From a virus, in IMG/VR virus record IMGVR_UViG_3300027741_000022, positions 1-64,000 of that record: a stretch of 64,000 nt of DNA; one strand, 5' to 3'. Below, piece after piece: positions 39,403 to 47,509 of the stretch. The position numbers and the translations under genes are program-made. A model generated the notes under the pieces. The model saw nothing but the letters and a program-made list of their open reading frames with translations. It searched no databases and was not told the origin of the DNA. Within the stretch, counting starts at the first letter, position 1. Each line of letters starts with the position of its first letter.

Positions 39403-40621
39403 TAAGAATATTCACGTTTTTTATATTCAAAGATTGAATGGAAAAAACACAAATATATCTAAGATTGAAGAACAGGTAGACTTTATTGTAGAAAAATCTG
39501 TAAAGTCTTCTTCTGGTTTTTCCTTCTTGGAAAAAGTAAAAATACTTGATGGTAAAAAAACAAAAGAAGGGCTTTGGCTGTATAAGTATGAGATTTCTTT
39601 CAAATACAATAGAAAGCAATCAAGCCTTGAAGAGTTAAAGGCAGCCTTGTCTGAGAAAATTTCTTTTTATTGCAATTATTCTTCTTTTGGAAAGTTTCCT
39701 TGGTCAATCACAACTAAGGATAATAAAATTGAGTTTTCTGAAGAACCTGAAAAAGAAGAAGAATCATCCCATCATTTAAATATCGAAGATATCAAACACA
39801 TAGCTCCAGGCGAAGCTGATGTGCCTGATTGGGAAGATTTAAGTTTTCCAGAACAGTTATTGTATGATGATCGTCTTTTATCTAATCACGAATCCTTTAA
39901 AAACATTTATGGTTTAAACGCTCAAATAAGAACAATATTATCTAGTGTTAAATCTGCCATAGATACAAAAGGACACAGAAGAAATCACACTGTTTTATGG
40001 GGAAAGCCCGCTTGTGGCAAAACACAGGTTATGCTTGCTCTTGAGAACCTTTTGGGTCCGAATTCCGTACTGAGATTGGACGCTACCAGCACCACAAGAG
40101 CTGGGCTTGAAAAGCTTTTCTTTAAAGATCTTGTGAAGATACCACCAATTGTTGTTTGTGAAGAAATGGAAAAAGCCAAAGAAGAATGGCTTCAAATCTG
40201 GCTCGGAGCCTTGGACGATCGCGGCGAGATAAGAAAAATCAACTTCCGCACTTGCCTCGTTCGTGAAGTTCGTATATTATTCATTTGTACGGTTAACGAT
40301 AAGAATCTTTTCGACAAAATGATGGGTGGTGACGGTTCAAGTAAACCTGGAGCCCTAAGTTCCAGATGTGTTAATGATGTTTACTTTCCCAGACCAGATA
40401 TAAATATTTTGAAATCTATTTTGAAGAAAGATATTCTTTCAAAAGGCGGCAGATTAGAATACATCGAGCCTTGTATACAATTGTCTGAAAAACTCAATAT
40501 TAATGATCCAAGAAAGGTTTTAAGCTTTCTTTCTGGTGGTGAAAGACTTTTGACTGGTGAGTATCAAAAAGATTTGCTTGATATATTTGAATCTCAATCT
40601 ATAGGAGGAGACGAAGATTAA
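39377..40621 (+). CDS. Second, divergent RuvB-like AAA+ ATPase with N-terminal extension
   Basis: GKPACGKT, VVCEEME (Walker B variant), CTVN, LSSRC, DPRKV. Confidence 0.7.
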   Translation: MECQTDLSDKNIHVFYIQRLNGKNTNISKIEEQVDFIVEKSVKSSSGFSFLEKVKILDGKKTKEGLWLYKYEISFKYNRKQSSLEELKAALSEKISFYCNYSSFGKFPWSITTKDNKIEFSEEPEKEEESSHHLNIEDIKHIAPGEADVPDWEDLSFPEQLLYDDRLLSNHESFKNIYGLNAQIRTILSSVKSAIDTKGHRRNHTVLWGKPACGKTQVMLALENLLGPNSVLRLDATSTTRAGLEKLFFKDLVKIPPIVVCEEMEKAKEEWLQIWLGALDDRGEIRKINFRTCLVREVRILFICTVNDKNLFDKMMGGDGSSKPGALSSRCVNDVYFPRPDINILKSILKKDILSKGGRLEYIEPCIQLSEKLNINDPRKVLSFLSGGERLLTGEYQKDLLDIFESQSIGGDED

Positions 40622-40717
40622 AACGTAAAAATTAAGGGTTCTTTTTCTCAACTTGTTTAACTAAAACGGAACTTTTAGTTATTTTAATTTAATGGATTCT
40701 TTGGAAAGGTTTGAAAT

Positions 40718-41056
40718 ATGATTAACAGAAATTACAAGGCTAAGGACGATTACAAGAGTCGGGATGATTACAAGAGTCGTGATGATTTTTATACTCGTGA
40801 AAAGATGCCAGCTTTTCAGCTTCATAAATTTCAGAGTGAATTTAATTTGAGTATGAATAAGGAAATGGCAAAAGTTCTTTCTTATGCTTTACAAAAGCAT
40901 GAGCAAATTACACAAGATCATGGAAAGAGTGTTCCTACTTGCTTATATGCTCTTTTAAGCAAACTTGAGGATGTTCAAAAGCCTCGAAATTATGATGAAT
41001 ATGATAATAAAGAGTCGCAAGATGATTATGAAGATTCTTGCGAATATAGAAGCTAA
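40718..41056 (+). CDS. Hypothetical protein with N-terminal DDYKSR repeats
   Basis: ORF track. Confidence 0.55.
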   Translation: MINRNYKAKDDYKSRDDYKSRDDFYTREKMPAFQLHKFQSEFNLSMNKEMAKVLSYALQKHEQITQDHGKSVPTCLYALLSKLEDVQKPRNYDEYDNKESQDDYEDSCEYRS

Positions 41057-41067
41057 TTCTAGCCGTC

Positions 41068-41107
41068 CCAGTCTCCGTCAAGCACTAAAAATCTTGACGG
41101 AGACTGG
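41068..41107. repeat. Perfect 15-bp inverted repeat CCAGTCTCCGTCAAG / CTTGACGGAGACTGG with 10-nt loop
   Basis: Read directly. Confidence 0.85.
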
Positions 41108-41186
41108 AAAGCTGGATAACTTATGATGATTGGATAATCGTATTATTTATAGAAAAATTTATCCAAAAATTTTTTGAATTTTTTAG

Positions 41187-41214
41187 TTGACTTTTTCTTT
41201 GCGGCGGATATGAT
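41187..41214 (+). promoter_or_regulatory. Sigma70-like promoter TTGACT-16-TATGAT
   Basis: Near-consensus hexamers. Confidence 0.45.
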
Positions 41215-41243
41215 CGCCCATCGCACGGGGGAATAAGCCCCTT

Positions 41244-41261
41244 GTTTCTTCGTGGTACGCT
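41244..41261 (+). promoter_or_regulatory. 18-bp motif copy 3 GTTTCTTCGTGGTACGCT
   Basis: Recurrent motif. Confidence 0.7.
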
Positions 41262-41308
41262 CATAAGGCGTAGTCATTTTCGTAGTCCAATAACAATAGG
41301 AGATTCTT

Positions 41309-42166
41309 ATGTCAAAGGACGGCAAGGACGGCAGAGGTAGAAAAGAACATCAGTTAAAAACTCTCCTCAGAGAAAACGCAGAAGCAAGAAAAGCTTTTGC
41401 CAGTCTAGTTGATAGTTTGGGGAAGATGCAGACGATAGCATCTCATTTAGTCAATGAAGGTTTGAAGTTTGGGAAAAATTCTGTTGCTATAGATAGCATC
41501 AGTGTGCCAACCCTGGCTTTGATTATCAAGGAGAATGGTCATTCTTTGAGAAAGGGCAGACCGACTGCAAGCGGCAGCACTGTTTGGAAAAATAAACCCC
41601 AAGCAATTCAAGCTGTTTGTGATGTTTTAAGAGATCATGGTCTTCACAAGGGAAGAGATTATCTTTTAAATAATGGTGTAACCTACACCAATGAAAATGG
41701 TGAAAAAGAGCATTTCACTTTTTCGGCAAATGGAAAGAAGTTGTTGTCAATCACAACTCTTTCAAAGGTAGCAAGAGAAAATGAAATCAAATTCATGGTT
41801 GGACCAAGAAAGGTTCGAACCAAGTCACTTATTACTTCTGACGAACAAAAAGAGATCAACAAAGCTTCAAAAGAAGATGAAGTTGTTGATGAGTCTGTAG
41901 ATGAAGTCGAAGAAGTTATTGAAGATGAAGATGAAGTTGTTGATCAAATAGTCGATGAGGATGAGGATGAGGATGAGGATGAGGATGAGGATGAGGATGA
42001 GGATGAGGATGAGGATGAGGATGAGGATGAGGATGAGGATGAGGATGAGGATGAGGATGAGGATGAGGATGAAGAAATAGAGGACGATGAAGATGAGGAT
42101 GAGGATGAAGATGAAGATTTTGATGACGAAATAGAAGACCTTGAGGAAGAGGATGACGAAGACTAA
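41309..42166 (+). CDS. Basic N-terminal domain + extremely acidic (Asp/Glu) C-terminal tail protein
   Basis: AGGAG RBS; last about 100 aa almost entirely D/E. Confidence 0.75.
   Translation: MSKDGKDGRGRKEHQLKTLLRENAEARKAFASLVDSLGKMQTIASHLVNEGLKFGKNSVAIDSISVPTLALIIKENGHSLRKGRPTASGSTVWKNKPQAIQAVCDVLRDHGLHKGRDYLLNNGVTYTNENGEKEHFTFSANGKKLLSITTLSKVARENEIKFMVGPRKVRTKSLITSDEQKEINKASKEDEVVDESVDEVEEVIEDEDEVVDQIVDEDEDEDEDEDEDEDEDEDEDEDEDEDEDEDEDEDEDEDEEIEDDEDEDEDEDEDFDDEIEDLEEEDDED
41954..42070 (+). repeat. Perfect microsatellite (GATGAG)19 + GAT encoding poly(DE)
   Basis: Read directly, 117 bp. Confidence 0.95.
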
Positions 42167-42185
42167 ATCCTGCCCGTGCCGCCAT

Positions 42186-42203
42186 CTTTCTTTGTGGTAC
42201 GCT
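42186..42203 (+). promoter_or_regulatory. 18-bp motif copy 4 CTTTCTTTGTGGTACGCT
   Basis: Recurrent motif. Confidence 0.65.
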
Positions 42204-42206
42204 CAC

Positions 42207-42243
42207 ACTCCAGAGGCGGGAGAACCGCCTCTGGAGTTTTTAT
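42207..42243 (+). terminator. Intrinsic terminator
   Basis: ACTCCAGAGGCGG-gagaa-CCGCCTCTGGAGT + T run. Confidence 0.85.
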
Positions 42244-42258
42244 TCCTAGGAACAAAAG

Positions 42259-42630
42259 ATGAAAAAAGTTTTGGTCATCAAAGATTATGATAAGTTTGTT
42301 AAAAAAATGAAAGAAAACACGGTAAACTTGTTGGAAAATTTCTCCGACAGTTTGAGCAACGATTTGTCAGGTTTGTTCTTAAGAGAGCTCAAGATTAGTT
42401 TGTCAAATCAAGATTTCTCCAAGATGATTTCAGACTCTGAGGTAAAGTCTATTATTTCTGGTTATACAAAAGAAATTGATGGCAACCTTGTAATCAGACA
42501 CAAAGATCTGGAGAAATGCAATGATTCTTTGAGAGAACGGTTTGCAAGCAATCTTGTTTCTTTTCTGGTAAAGAATAACTATGTAGAACAAGGGTACGAC
42601 GAAGAGCAAAACAATTTTTGCTTTTTCTGA
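42259..42630 (+). CDS. Hypothetical protein
   Basis: ORF in a co-oriented operon. Confidence 0.55.
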   Translation: MKKVLVIKDYDKFVKKMKENTVNLLENFSDSLSNDLSGLFLRELKISLSNQDFSKMISDSEVKSIISGYTKEIDGNLVIRHKDLEKCNDSLRERFASNLVSFLVKNNYVEQGYDEEQNNFCFF

Positions 42631-43043
42631 TAATGCAAATATCTCTTTTACTGAAAACAGATGGTCTTACTCCAATTGATGATTCTTTAATTTTTAAAAT
42701 TAAGAAGCCTCATAAATATTGGCAATTGGAAGATCCTGTTTCTGTAATGGCGAGCTACAAAGATGTCTCTGATCCAACTTTTATCAAAGAAATTTTGAAA
42801 TTAGACTTCATAGAAAAAGAGATTGGTTTTCTTTCTGTTTGTAATAATTTTGAATACAGATCAAAAGTTTTAAAAGAATCTGGGGCATTTTCTCTTTATT
42901 CTTTTTGGGCTAGATCTTTGCATTATTGGAAATTGTACAAAACATATTCTTTTGATTCTGAGGATGATTGTTTTGACCAAATGTTGGCAGACTATAATTT
43001 CTTAGAAAAAAGAAGCCTTCTGGATGCATTTAAGAATGATTGA
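42618..43043 (+). CDS. Hypothetical protein
   Basis: ORF in a co-oriented operon. Confidence 0.55.
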   Translation: MLFLIMQISLLLKTDGLTPIDDSLIFKIKKPHKYWQLEDPVSVMASYKDVSDPTFIKEILKLDFIEKEIGFLSVCNNFEYRSKVLKESGAFSLYSFWARSLHYWKLYKTYSFDSEDDCFDQMLADYNFLEKRSLLDAFKND

Positions 43044-43302
43044 AAAATTTGAATCTGAGGCTAATAAGTTTTTTATAGAACAGACTTTAGGAGATTGTTT
43101 CTTAATGTCTGACGAAGAAACTATAAATTTTATTGAAGCTTGTGAGTTCAATATAAATAAATTAAGAAATGTCTGCGATAATAAAGAAGATGCCAAGGTT
43201 ATTTATTGCGTTGAGGTTTTCATCAGGTCTATGTGTTGCCGTCTTTTGAATGTAAATAGAGCCGGCAGGTTAATGCAAGGCAAGTTATGCGATCAGTCCT
43301 AA
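43024..43302 (+). CDS. Hypothetical protein
   Basis: ORF in a co-oriented operon. Confidence 0.5.
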   Translation: MHLRMIEKFESEANKFFIEQTLGDCFLMSDEETINFIEACEFNINKLRNVCDNKEDAKVIYCVEVFIRSMCCRLLNVNRAGRLMQGKLCDQS

Positions 43303-43778
43303 TTTTGTTATTTGTTTGTAACATCTCTTTTGCCGCAGACAGAATTTTAGTTGTACAAAATCCAAATTGTATTTACAACAACGTTCTGGACTCTATTGTA
43401 AAATCTATTAATGAAGAGAATTTAGAAGAATATTCAAAAAACTTCATGTCTTTTACAAAAAAAGACAGGTTGAATATGTCGTTGTTTTTTTTAAGACATG
43501 AGCCGACTGTACTTATTTTTGAAAAACACATCTTGCAAGAAACAGATTCAAAAGTTGAATTGGCAGTTTCCTATCAGATTACTTGCGATAATGACCAAAA
43601 GCATTACAAGTTTTCATCAATCATAACTATGAAAAAAGTTGGTGACATTTGGAAGTTTTCAAAAGAAAAAATAATATCTCTCAATTCTGTAGATAAAGAT
43701 TGTTCAAGTTGTTCTGTTGAACAAAATGAAAACGAAGATGGTCTTGTGTGCTTTGGAGGACAATGCAATCTCAAATAA
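43287..43778 (+). CDS. Exported NTF2-like hypothetical protein
   Basis: Signal-like N-terminus; MKKVGDIWKF C-terminal strand pattern. Confidence 0.45.
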   Translation: MRSVLILLFVCNISFAADRILVVQNPNCIYNNVLDSIVKSINEENLEEYSKNFMSFTKKDRLNMSLFFLRHEPTVLIFEKHILQETDSKVELAVSYQITCDNDQKHYKFSSIITMKKVGDIWKFSKEKIISLNSVDKDCSSCSVEQNENEDGLVCFGGQCNLK

Positions 43779-44589
43779 TATTCTTTCCTTAAGAAATGTT
43801 TTGAAAATACCATCTTTCTCTACAAGAGAAGAATTGGTCGTAGACTACATAGAAAATTATTGTATAGACAACAGTTTGCTATATAGAAAAGATTCAAAAA
43901 ATAATATTTATGTTGTTAAGGGAAAATTGAACGAAGATGAATATTTTCCTTGTGCTGTGGCACACACCGACACTGTTCATAGAGACCAGATTGATTTGAT
44001 TGAATCTGGCACAAGTCTTGATATTTTTGAAGAAAAGCAAGACGGTAAGACAATCCTCACAGCCATAGATCCAATAAAAAACACAAGAACTGGTATTGGC
44101 GGCGATGACAAATGCGGTGTATACATATGCTTGAAACTTTTGGAGAAGATGGATAATATCAAGTGCGCATTCTTCGTAGAAGAAGAAATAGGTATGAAGG
44201 GCTCAACATTATGCGACCTTGAATTTTTTGATGACGTTGGATATGCTGTACAGTTCGATGCTCCTACTAATGATTGGTTCAGCGAAAGTTGCAGCGGTCA
44301 CAAGCTTTGGTCTGAAGAATATTTTGAATCAATACAAGATGTTCTTGCCAAGTATGGTGTGAAAAACATATCTACCGATCCGTTCACAGATGTTGTTCAG
44401 TTACGAAAGAAATTTGATTTTTGTTGTAGCGTTCTTCCCACAGGCTACTACAATCAGCACTCTAAGTATGAATATGTGATTGAAGAAGAAACAGAAGATT
44501 GTGTGAGATTAGCCATTGACTTCATAGAAAAACTTGGCTACAAAAAATACTATTTCAAAAAAGGTAGCTCAGCACAGAGCGTGTTTTAA
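43717..44589 (+). CDS. M28/M20-clan zinc peptidase-like protein (start uncertain)
   Basis: VAHTDTVH, GIGGDDKCG, FFVEEEIGMKGS, QFDAP, GYYNQHS. Confidence 0.8.
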   Translation: MNKMKTKMVLCALEDNAISNNILSLRNVLKIPSFSTREELVVDYIENYCIDNSLLYRKDSKNNIYVVKGKLNEDEYFPCAVAHTDTVHRDQIDLIESGTSLDIFEEKQDGKTILTAIDPIKNTRTGIGGDDKCGVYICLKLLEKMDNIKCAFFVEEEIGMKGSTLCDLEFFDDVGYAVQFDAPTNDWFSESCSGHKLWSEEYFESIQDVLAKYGVKNISTDPFTDVVQLRKKFDFCCSVLPTGYYNQHSKYEYVIEEETEDCVRLAIDFIEKLGYKKYYFKKGSSAQSVF

Positions 44590-44634
44590 TCTTAGAACAA
44601 ATTGTGCTATTTGTTCTGTTCAAGGAGGATTGTT

Positions 44635-45018
44635 ATGTATTCTAAGAATTTGATTCTTGCCGTCGTGGCTGTTTTGTTTGTTTCAAATTATTCTGATGCT
44701 GCCCCAAGGAAGAGATATAATTATTCAACCCCAACCTATTCTTCTGTTCCATCCGAAAAGGTTTATTCATACACCAATTCTGTTCCAAATTCTCAGGGAA
44801 ATAGTGATCAAGAAAGATGTCAGGCAGAAGCCAATCATATGGCTGCAAATAACATCACTGGTCACGTTTGGAGCTGTATTGGTAGTTTTGAGGGTGTTGG
44901 CTATGGATCTTCTCCAAATTGCAACACCTGCACGCCCAGCGGTAGAATGAGCTTAACAGGTGATGCCAGTGCTCAGGGTAGAAATGGCATGTGGTATCGT
45001 GTTCGCTCTTGGCGATAA
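44635..45018 (+). CDS. Small secreted protein, reduced CAP/SCP-like
   Basis: Signal peptide; CQAEANHMAA...GHV...EGVG...C...WYRVRSW. Confidence 0.5.
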   Translation: MYSKNLILAVVAVLFVSNYSDAAPRKRYNYSTPTYSSVPSEKVYSYTNSVPNSQGNSDQERCQAEANHMAANNITGHVWSCIGSFEGVGYGSSPNCNTCTPSGRMSLTGDASAQGRNGMWYRVRSWR

Positions 45019-45022
45019 GTTA

Positions 45023-45066
45023 AACACCCGGAGAGGATTTTATTCCTCTCCGGGTGTTCTTTTGTT
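45023..45066 (+). terminator. Intrinsic terminator
   Basis: AACACCCGGAGAGGA / TCCTCTCCGGGTGTT stem followed by a T-rich tract. Confidence 0.85.
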
Positions 45067-45086
45067 TGATTACACAGGTGAGGAAA

Positions 45087-45233
45087 ATGGAATACATTAT
45101 TCTTGCAGTGTTGGTTGTTGTTTTTTTAAACGCTTGGTATAATCCCGATACAAGCTCCACTTCTTATAGACTTGGAAGAGGAGTTGGGAATAAAACCAGA
45201 AAACTTGGTGAATGGTTGATGAAAGATGATTGA
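45087..45233 (+). CDS. 48-aa membrane peptide MEYIILAVLVVVFLNAWY... (not in ORF track)
   Basis: GAGGA RBS; one hydrophobic helix. Confidence 0.5.
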   Translation: MEYIILAVLVVVFLNAWYNPDTSSTSYRLGRGVGNKTRKLGEWLMKDD

Positions 45234-45274
45234 AGTTTCACTCATTTTGTTTTGTTTAATTAAAGGAGTTGATT

Positions 45275-45598
45275 ATGTCTGAAGAAAAGAAAGTTTCAAA
45301 GACAAAGATGGTCAAGGAAATTCTTGAACAAAATCCATCTTTAAAGCCAATGGACATAGTTAAGATTATGTCCGAAAAAGGTATTGAAATTGATAATAAG
45401 TATGTGAGTATTATCAAGAGTAAAATTAAGACTGGTAACAAGAAGCCCATTTCTGTTGCTAAAAGAAGAATGAGTGGACACAAATCAAATGTGTCTGATT
45501 CTTTTGAAGATCTTATTGCTGTTAAGAACCTTTATGACACCATGGGTGCAGACAGAATTATTTCTGCTGTAAAGGCTATCGAAAAGATCACTAAGTAG
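45275..45598 (+). CDS. Small basic DNA-binding-like protein
   Basis: KTKMVKEILEQNPSLKPMDIVKIMSEKGIEI...VSIIKSK; AAGGAG RBS. Confidence 0.55.
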   Translation: MSEEKKVSKTKMVKEILEQNPSLKPMDIVKIMSEKGIEIDNKYVSIIKSKIKTGNKKPISVAKRRMSGHKSNVSDSFEDLIAVKNLYDTMGADRIISAVKAIEKITK

Positions 45599-45610
45599 TT
45601 TTTATTCTTA

Positions 45611-45648
45611 CACGGGGGGATAGTTCAATATCCCCCCGTGTATTTTTT
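45611..45648 (+). terminator. Intrinsic terminator
   Basis: CACGGGGGGATA / TATCCCCCCGTG + T run. Confidence 0.85.
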
Positions 45649-45665
45649 TAAAGAAATATATTATT

Positions 45666-46469
45666 ATGATTTTAAAACAAGTCAAACAGTTAGTAGATGA
45701 ATTAAAGGCAACCTCTAGTTCTCTTGAGAAAAAAGAGATTCTCAAAAAACACCTTGCCGACAATGAAAATTTAAAAAATATTGTTTATTATACATACAAT
45801 CCATTTTATCAATTTTATATAACAAGTGATGTTTGTGAAAAAAACATTCATCTCTCTGGCAAACAGTTTGAATGTATATTTGAATTACTAGATTCTTTGA
45901 GGTTAAGGAAATTAACTGGACACGACGCAGTTGGAGCAGTTAATGCATACATCAAAAAGAATGAAGAGTACAAAGAAATTATCTACACAATTATAGACAA
46001 AGATCTTAAAACAAGAACTGCAGAAAAGACAATCAATTCTGCAATTAGAAACTTAATACCTGAATTTGAAGTAGCTTTAGCCGATAAATATGATGAAAAG
46101 AATGTAAACTTTAAAGACACTTGGTATGCCAGCCAAAAAATGGACGGCTGCGTAGACTATAATACTGTTGTGGAATTCAAAGATGGTAAAAAACTTCCCA
46201 TAGGCTATGTGGTAGACAATAAAATTTTAGGAGAAGTTAAGTGTTATGATCACAAAAATAAAAAGATTGAGTATAAGCGTATTTTGAATTATATGAAAAA
46301 TACCGAAGATATTTCGGAAAATAAAAATGAAACTAATTGGTATGAAATAGAGTTGGAGAATGGGCATAAATTGAATATCACAGGAAATGATACAATCTAT
46401 CTCCCAGAGCTTAAATGCTATAGAAAAGTTGAAGAATTAAGAGGAGATGAAAAAGTTTTGTTTGATTAA
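45666..46469 (+). CDS. lig: ATP-dependent DNA ligase N-terminal half (ends at KMDG) fused to split-intein N-fragment
   Basis: LKATSSSLEKKEIL, YTYNPF, IIDKDLK, ALADKY, WYASQKMDG then CVDYNTVV...; stop TAA at 46467-46469. Confidence 0.9.
   Translation: MILKQVKQLVDELKATSSSLEKKEILKKHLADNENLKNIVYYTYNPFYQFYITSDVCEKNIHLSGKQFECIFELLDSLRLRKLTGHDAVGAVNAYIKKNEEYKEIIYTIIDKDLKTRTAEKTINSAIRNLIPEFEVALADKYDEKNVNFKDTWYASQKMDGCVDYNTVVEFKDGKKLPIGYVVDNKILGEVKCYDHKNKKIEYKRILNYMKNTEDISENKNETNWYEIELENGHKLNITGNDTIYLPELKCYRKVEELRGDEKVLFD
46149..46466 (+). mobile_element. Split intein N-fragment (106 aa)
   Basis: C1 at 46149; block A CVDYNTVVEF; block B YEIELENGHKLNITGND; KVEELRGDEKV. Confidence 0.85.
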
Positions 46470-46484
46470 AATGTCCGTCTAATT

Positions 46485-46520
46485 TTTTGCTTCCTGTTCA
46501 TATATAAACAGGAGGCAAAA
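46485..46520 (+). promoter_or_regulatory. Hairpin sequestering the AGGAGG RBS of the endonuclease gene, with TATATA in the loop
   Basis: TTTTGCTTCCTGTT-catatata-AACAGGAGGCAAAA. Confidence 0.65.
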
Positions 46521-47435
46521 ATGATTAAGTGTGAATTTTGTAAAAAAGCTAAGTTTTCAACAAATAATCAATTGCGTGGACACAAAGCCAAATGCCAGGA
46601 TTACATTAATTTTATTACAGAATATCGTAATAAAATTTTAACTAAAAAGTATTTAAAAAAACAACTGGTTGATTTAGGTCATTCTTGTTATCATTTGGAA
46701 TTGGAATTAAATGATCCAAGAATTAAAACATGTGATATAATAGCCAAAGCAAAAGAGTTAGGTTTGCCGACACAAACAATTAAAGAGGCTGCAAACAATC
46801 CGCTAACTAAACAAAAAAGAATACAATCGAATCTTAAAAAACATGGCTATAAAAATAATTTTCAATCAAAAAAAACAATCAAAACTTTAAAGAAAAAATA
46901 TGGCAAAAATATTACAAATGTTTTTCAGTTAGATTTTGTCAAAGAAAAAAGCAAAAAAACTATGGTGGAAAGATACGGGGTTGAAAACCCTGTGTTTCTT
47001 CCCAACTACAGAAGAAATGTCGGCAATATATCCTGGCAGCATAGATCAATAGAAAAAATCTTGGATAAATATGAAGTTGTTTACGATAGCGAAAATAAAC
47101 AGAGAATATCTTTTGGTAAGTATAACAAAAAATTAAAAAGAAACTACAATCCCAGACCAGATATTATTTTACATAAAGAGAAAATTATTTTTGAAATTTA
47201 TGGTGATTATTATCATGCTAATCCCAAAAAATATAAACCAAATGATTTGTTGGTAACATGGGCTGGAGAGCTTAAGGCTTTGGATATATGGGAAAAAGAC
47301 AAAAATAGAATGAATCATTTAAAAAGCTTTGGCTATAAAGTTTATGTTTTTTGGGGCTCTGACATTCGTTCCGATTCAAAAAAAGTAGAAAGAAGAATAT
47401 GCAGGCTATTAAAATTAAAAAAATCACCAGAATAG
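46521..47435 (+). mobile_element. Free-standing homing endonuclease (Vsr/DUF559-like PD-(D/E)xK) between the split-intein halves
   Basis: N-terminal CEFC..H..C finger, YG-V-EN-type repeats, RPDIIL...FEIYGDYYH...D..R...L...GYKV..FW. Confidence 0.8.
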
Positions 47436-47509
47436 AAAATAGAGATAAATACGAACTAGAAGTTGAAGATAATTCAAATTTTTTCACCAATGGTATTCTT
47501 AAACATAAT
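47399..47509 (+). mobile_element. Split intein C-fragment (37 aa)
   Basis: Block F YELEV, NFFTNGIL, terminal HN followed by Cys+1 at 47510. Confidence 0.88.

Noticed and set aside
41916-42206. His-Pro repeat ORF on the minus strand
   Set aside because: Antisense shadow of the GATGAG microsatellite.
45136-45142. TATAAT as a promoter -10 before a possible ncRNA at 45140-45250
   Set aside because: Lies within a plausible 48-aa membrane-peptide ORF with its own RBS; no convincing RNA structure.
46470-47398. Group I intron interrupting the ligase
   Set aside because: Only 51 non-coding nt flank the endonuclease ORF, too little for a ribozyme core, and both halves carry intein termini with their own stop/start.
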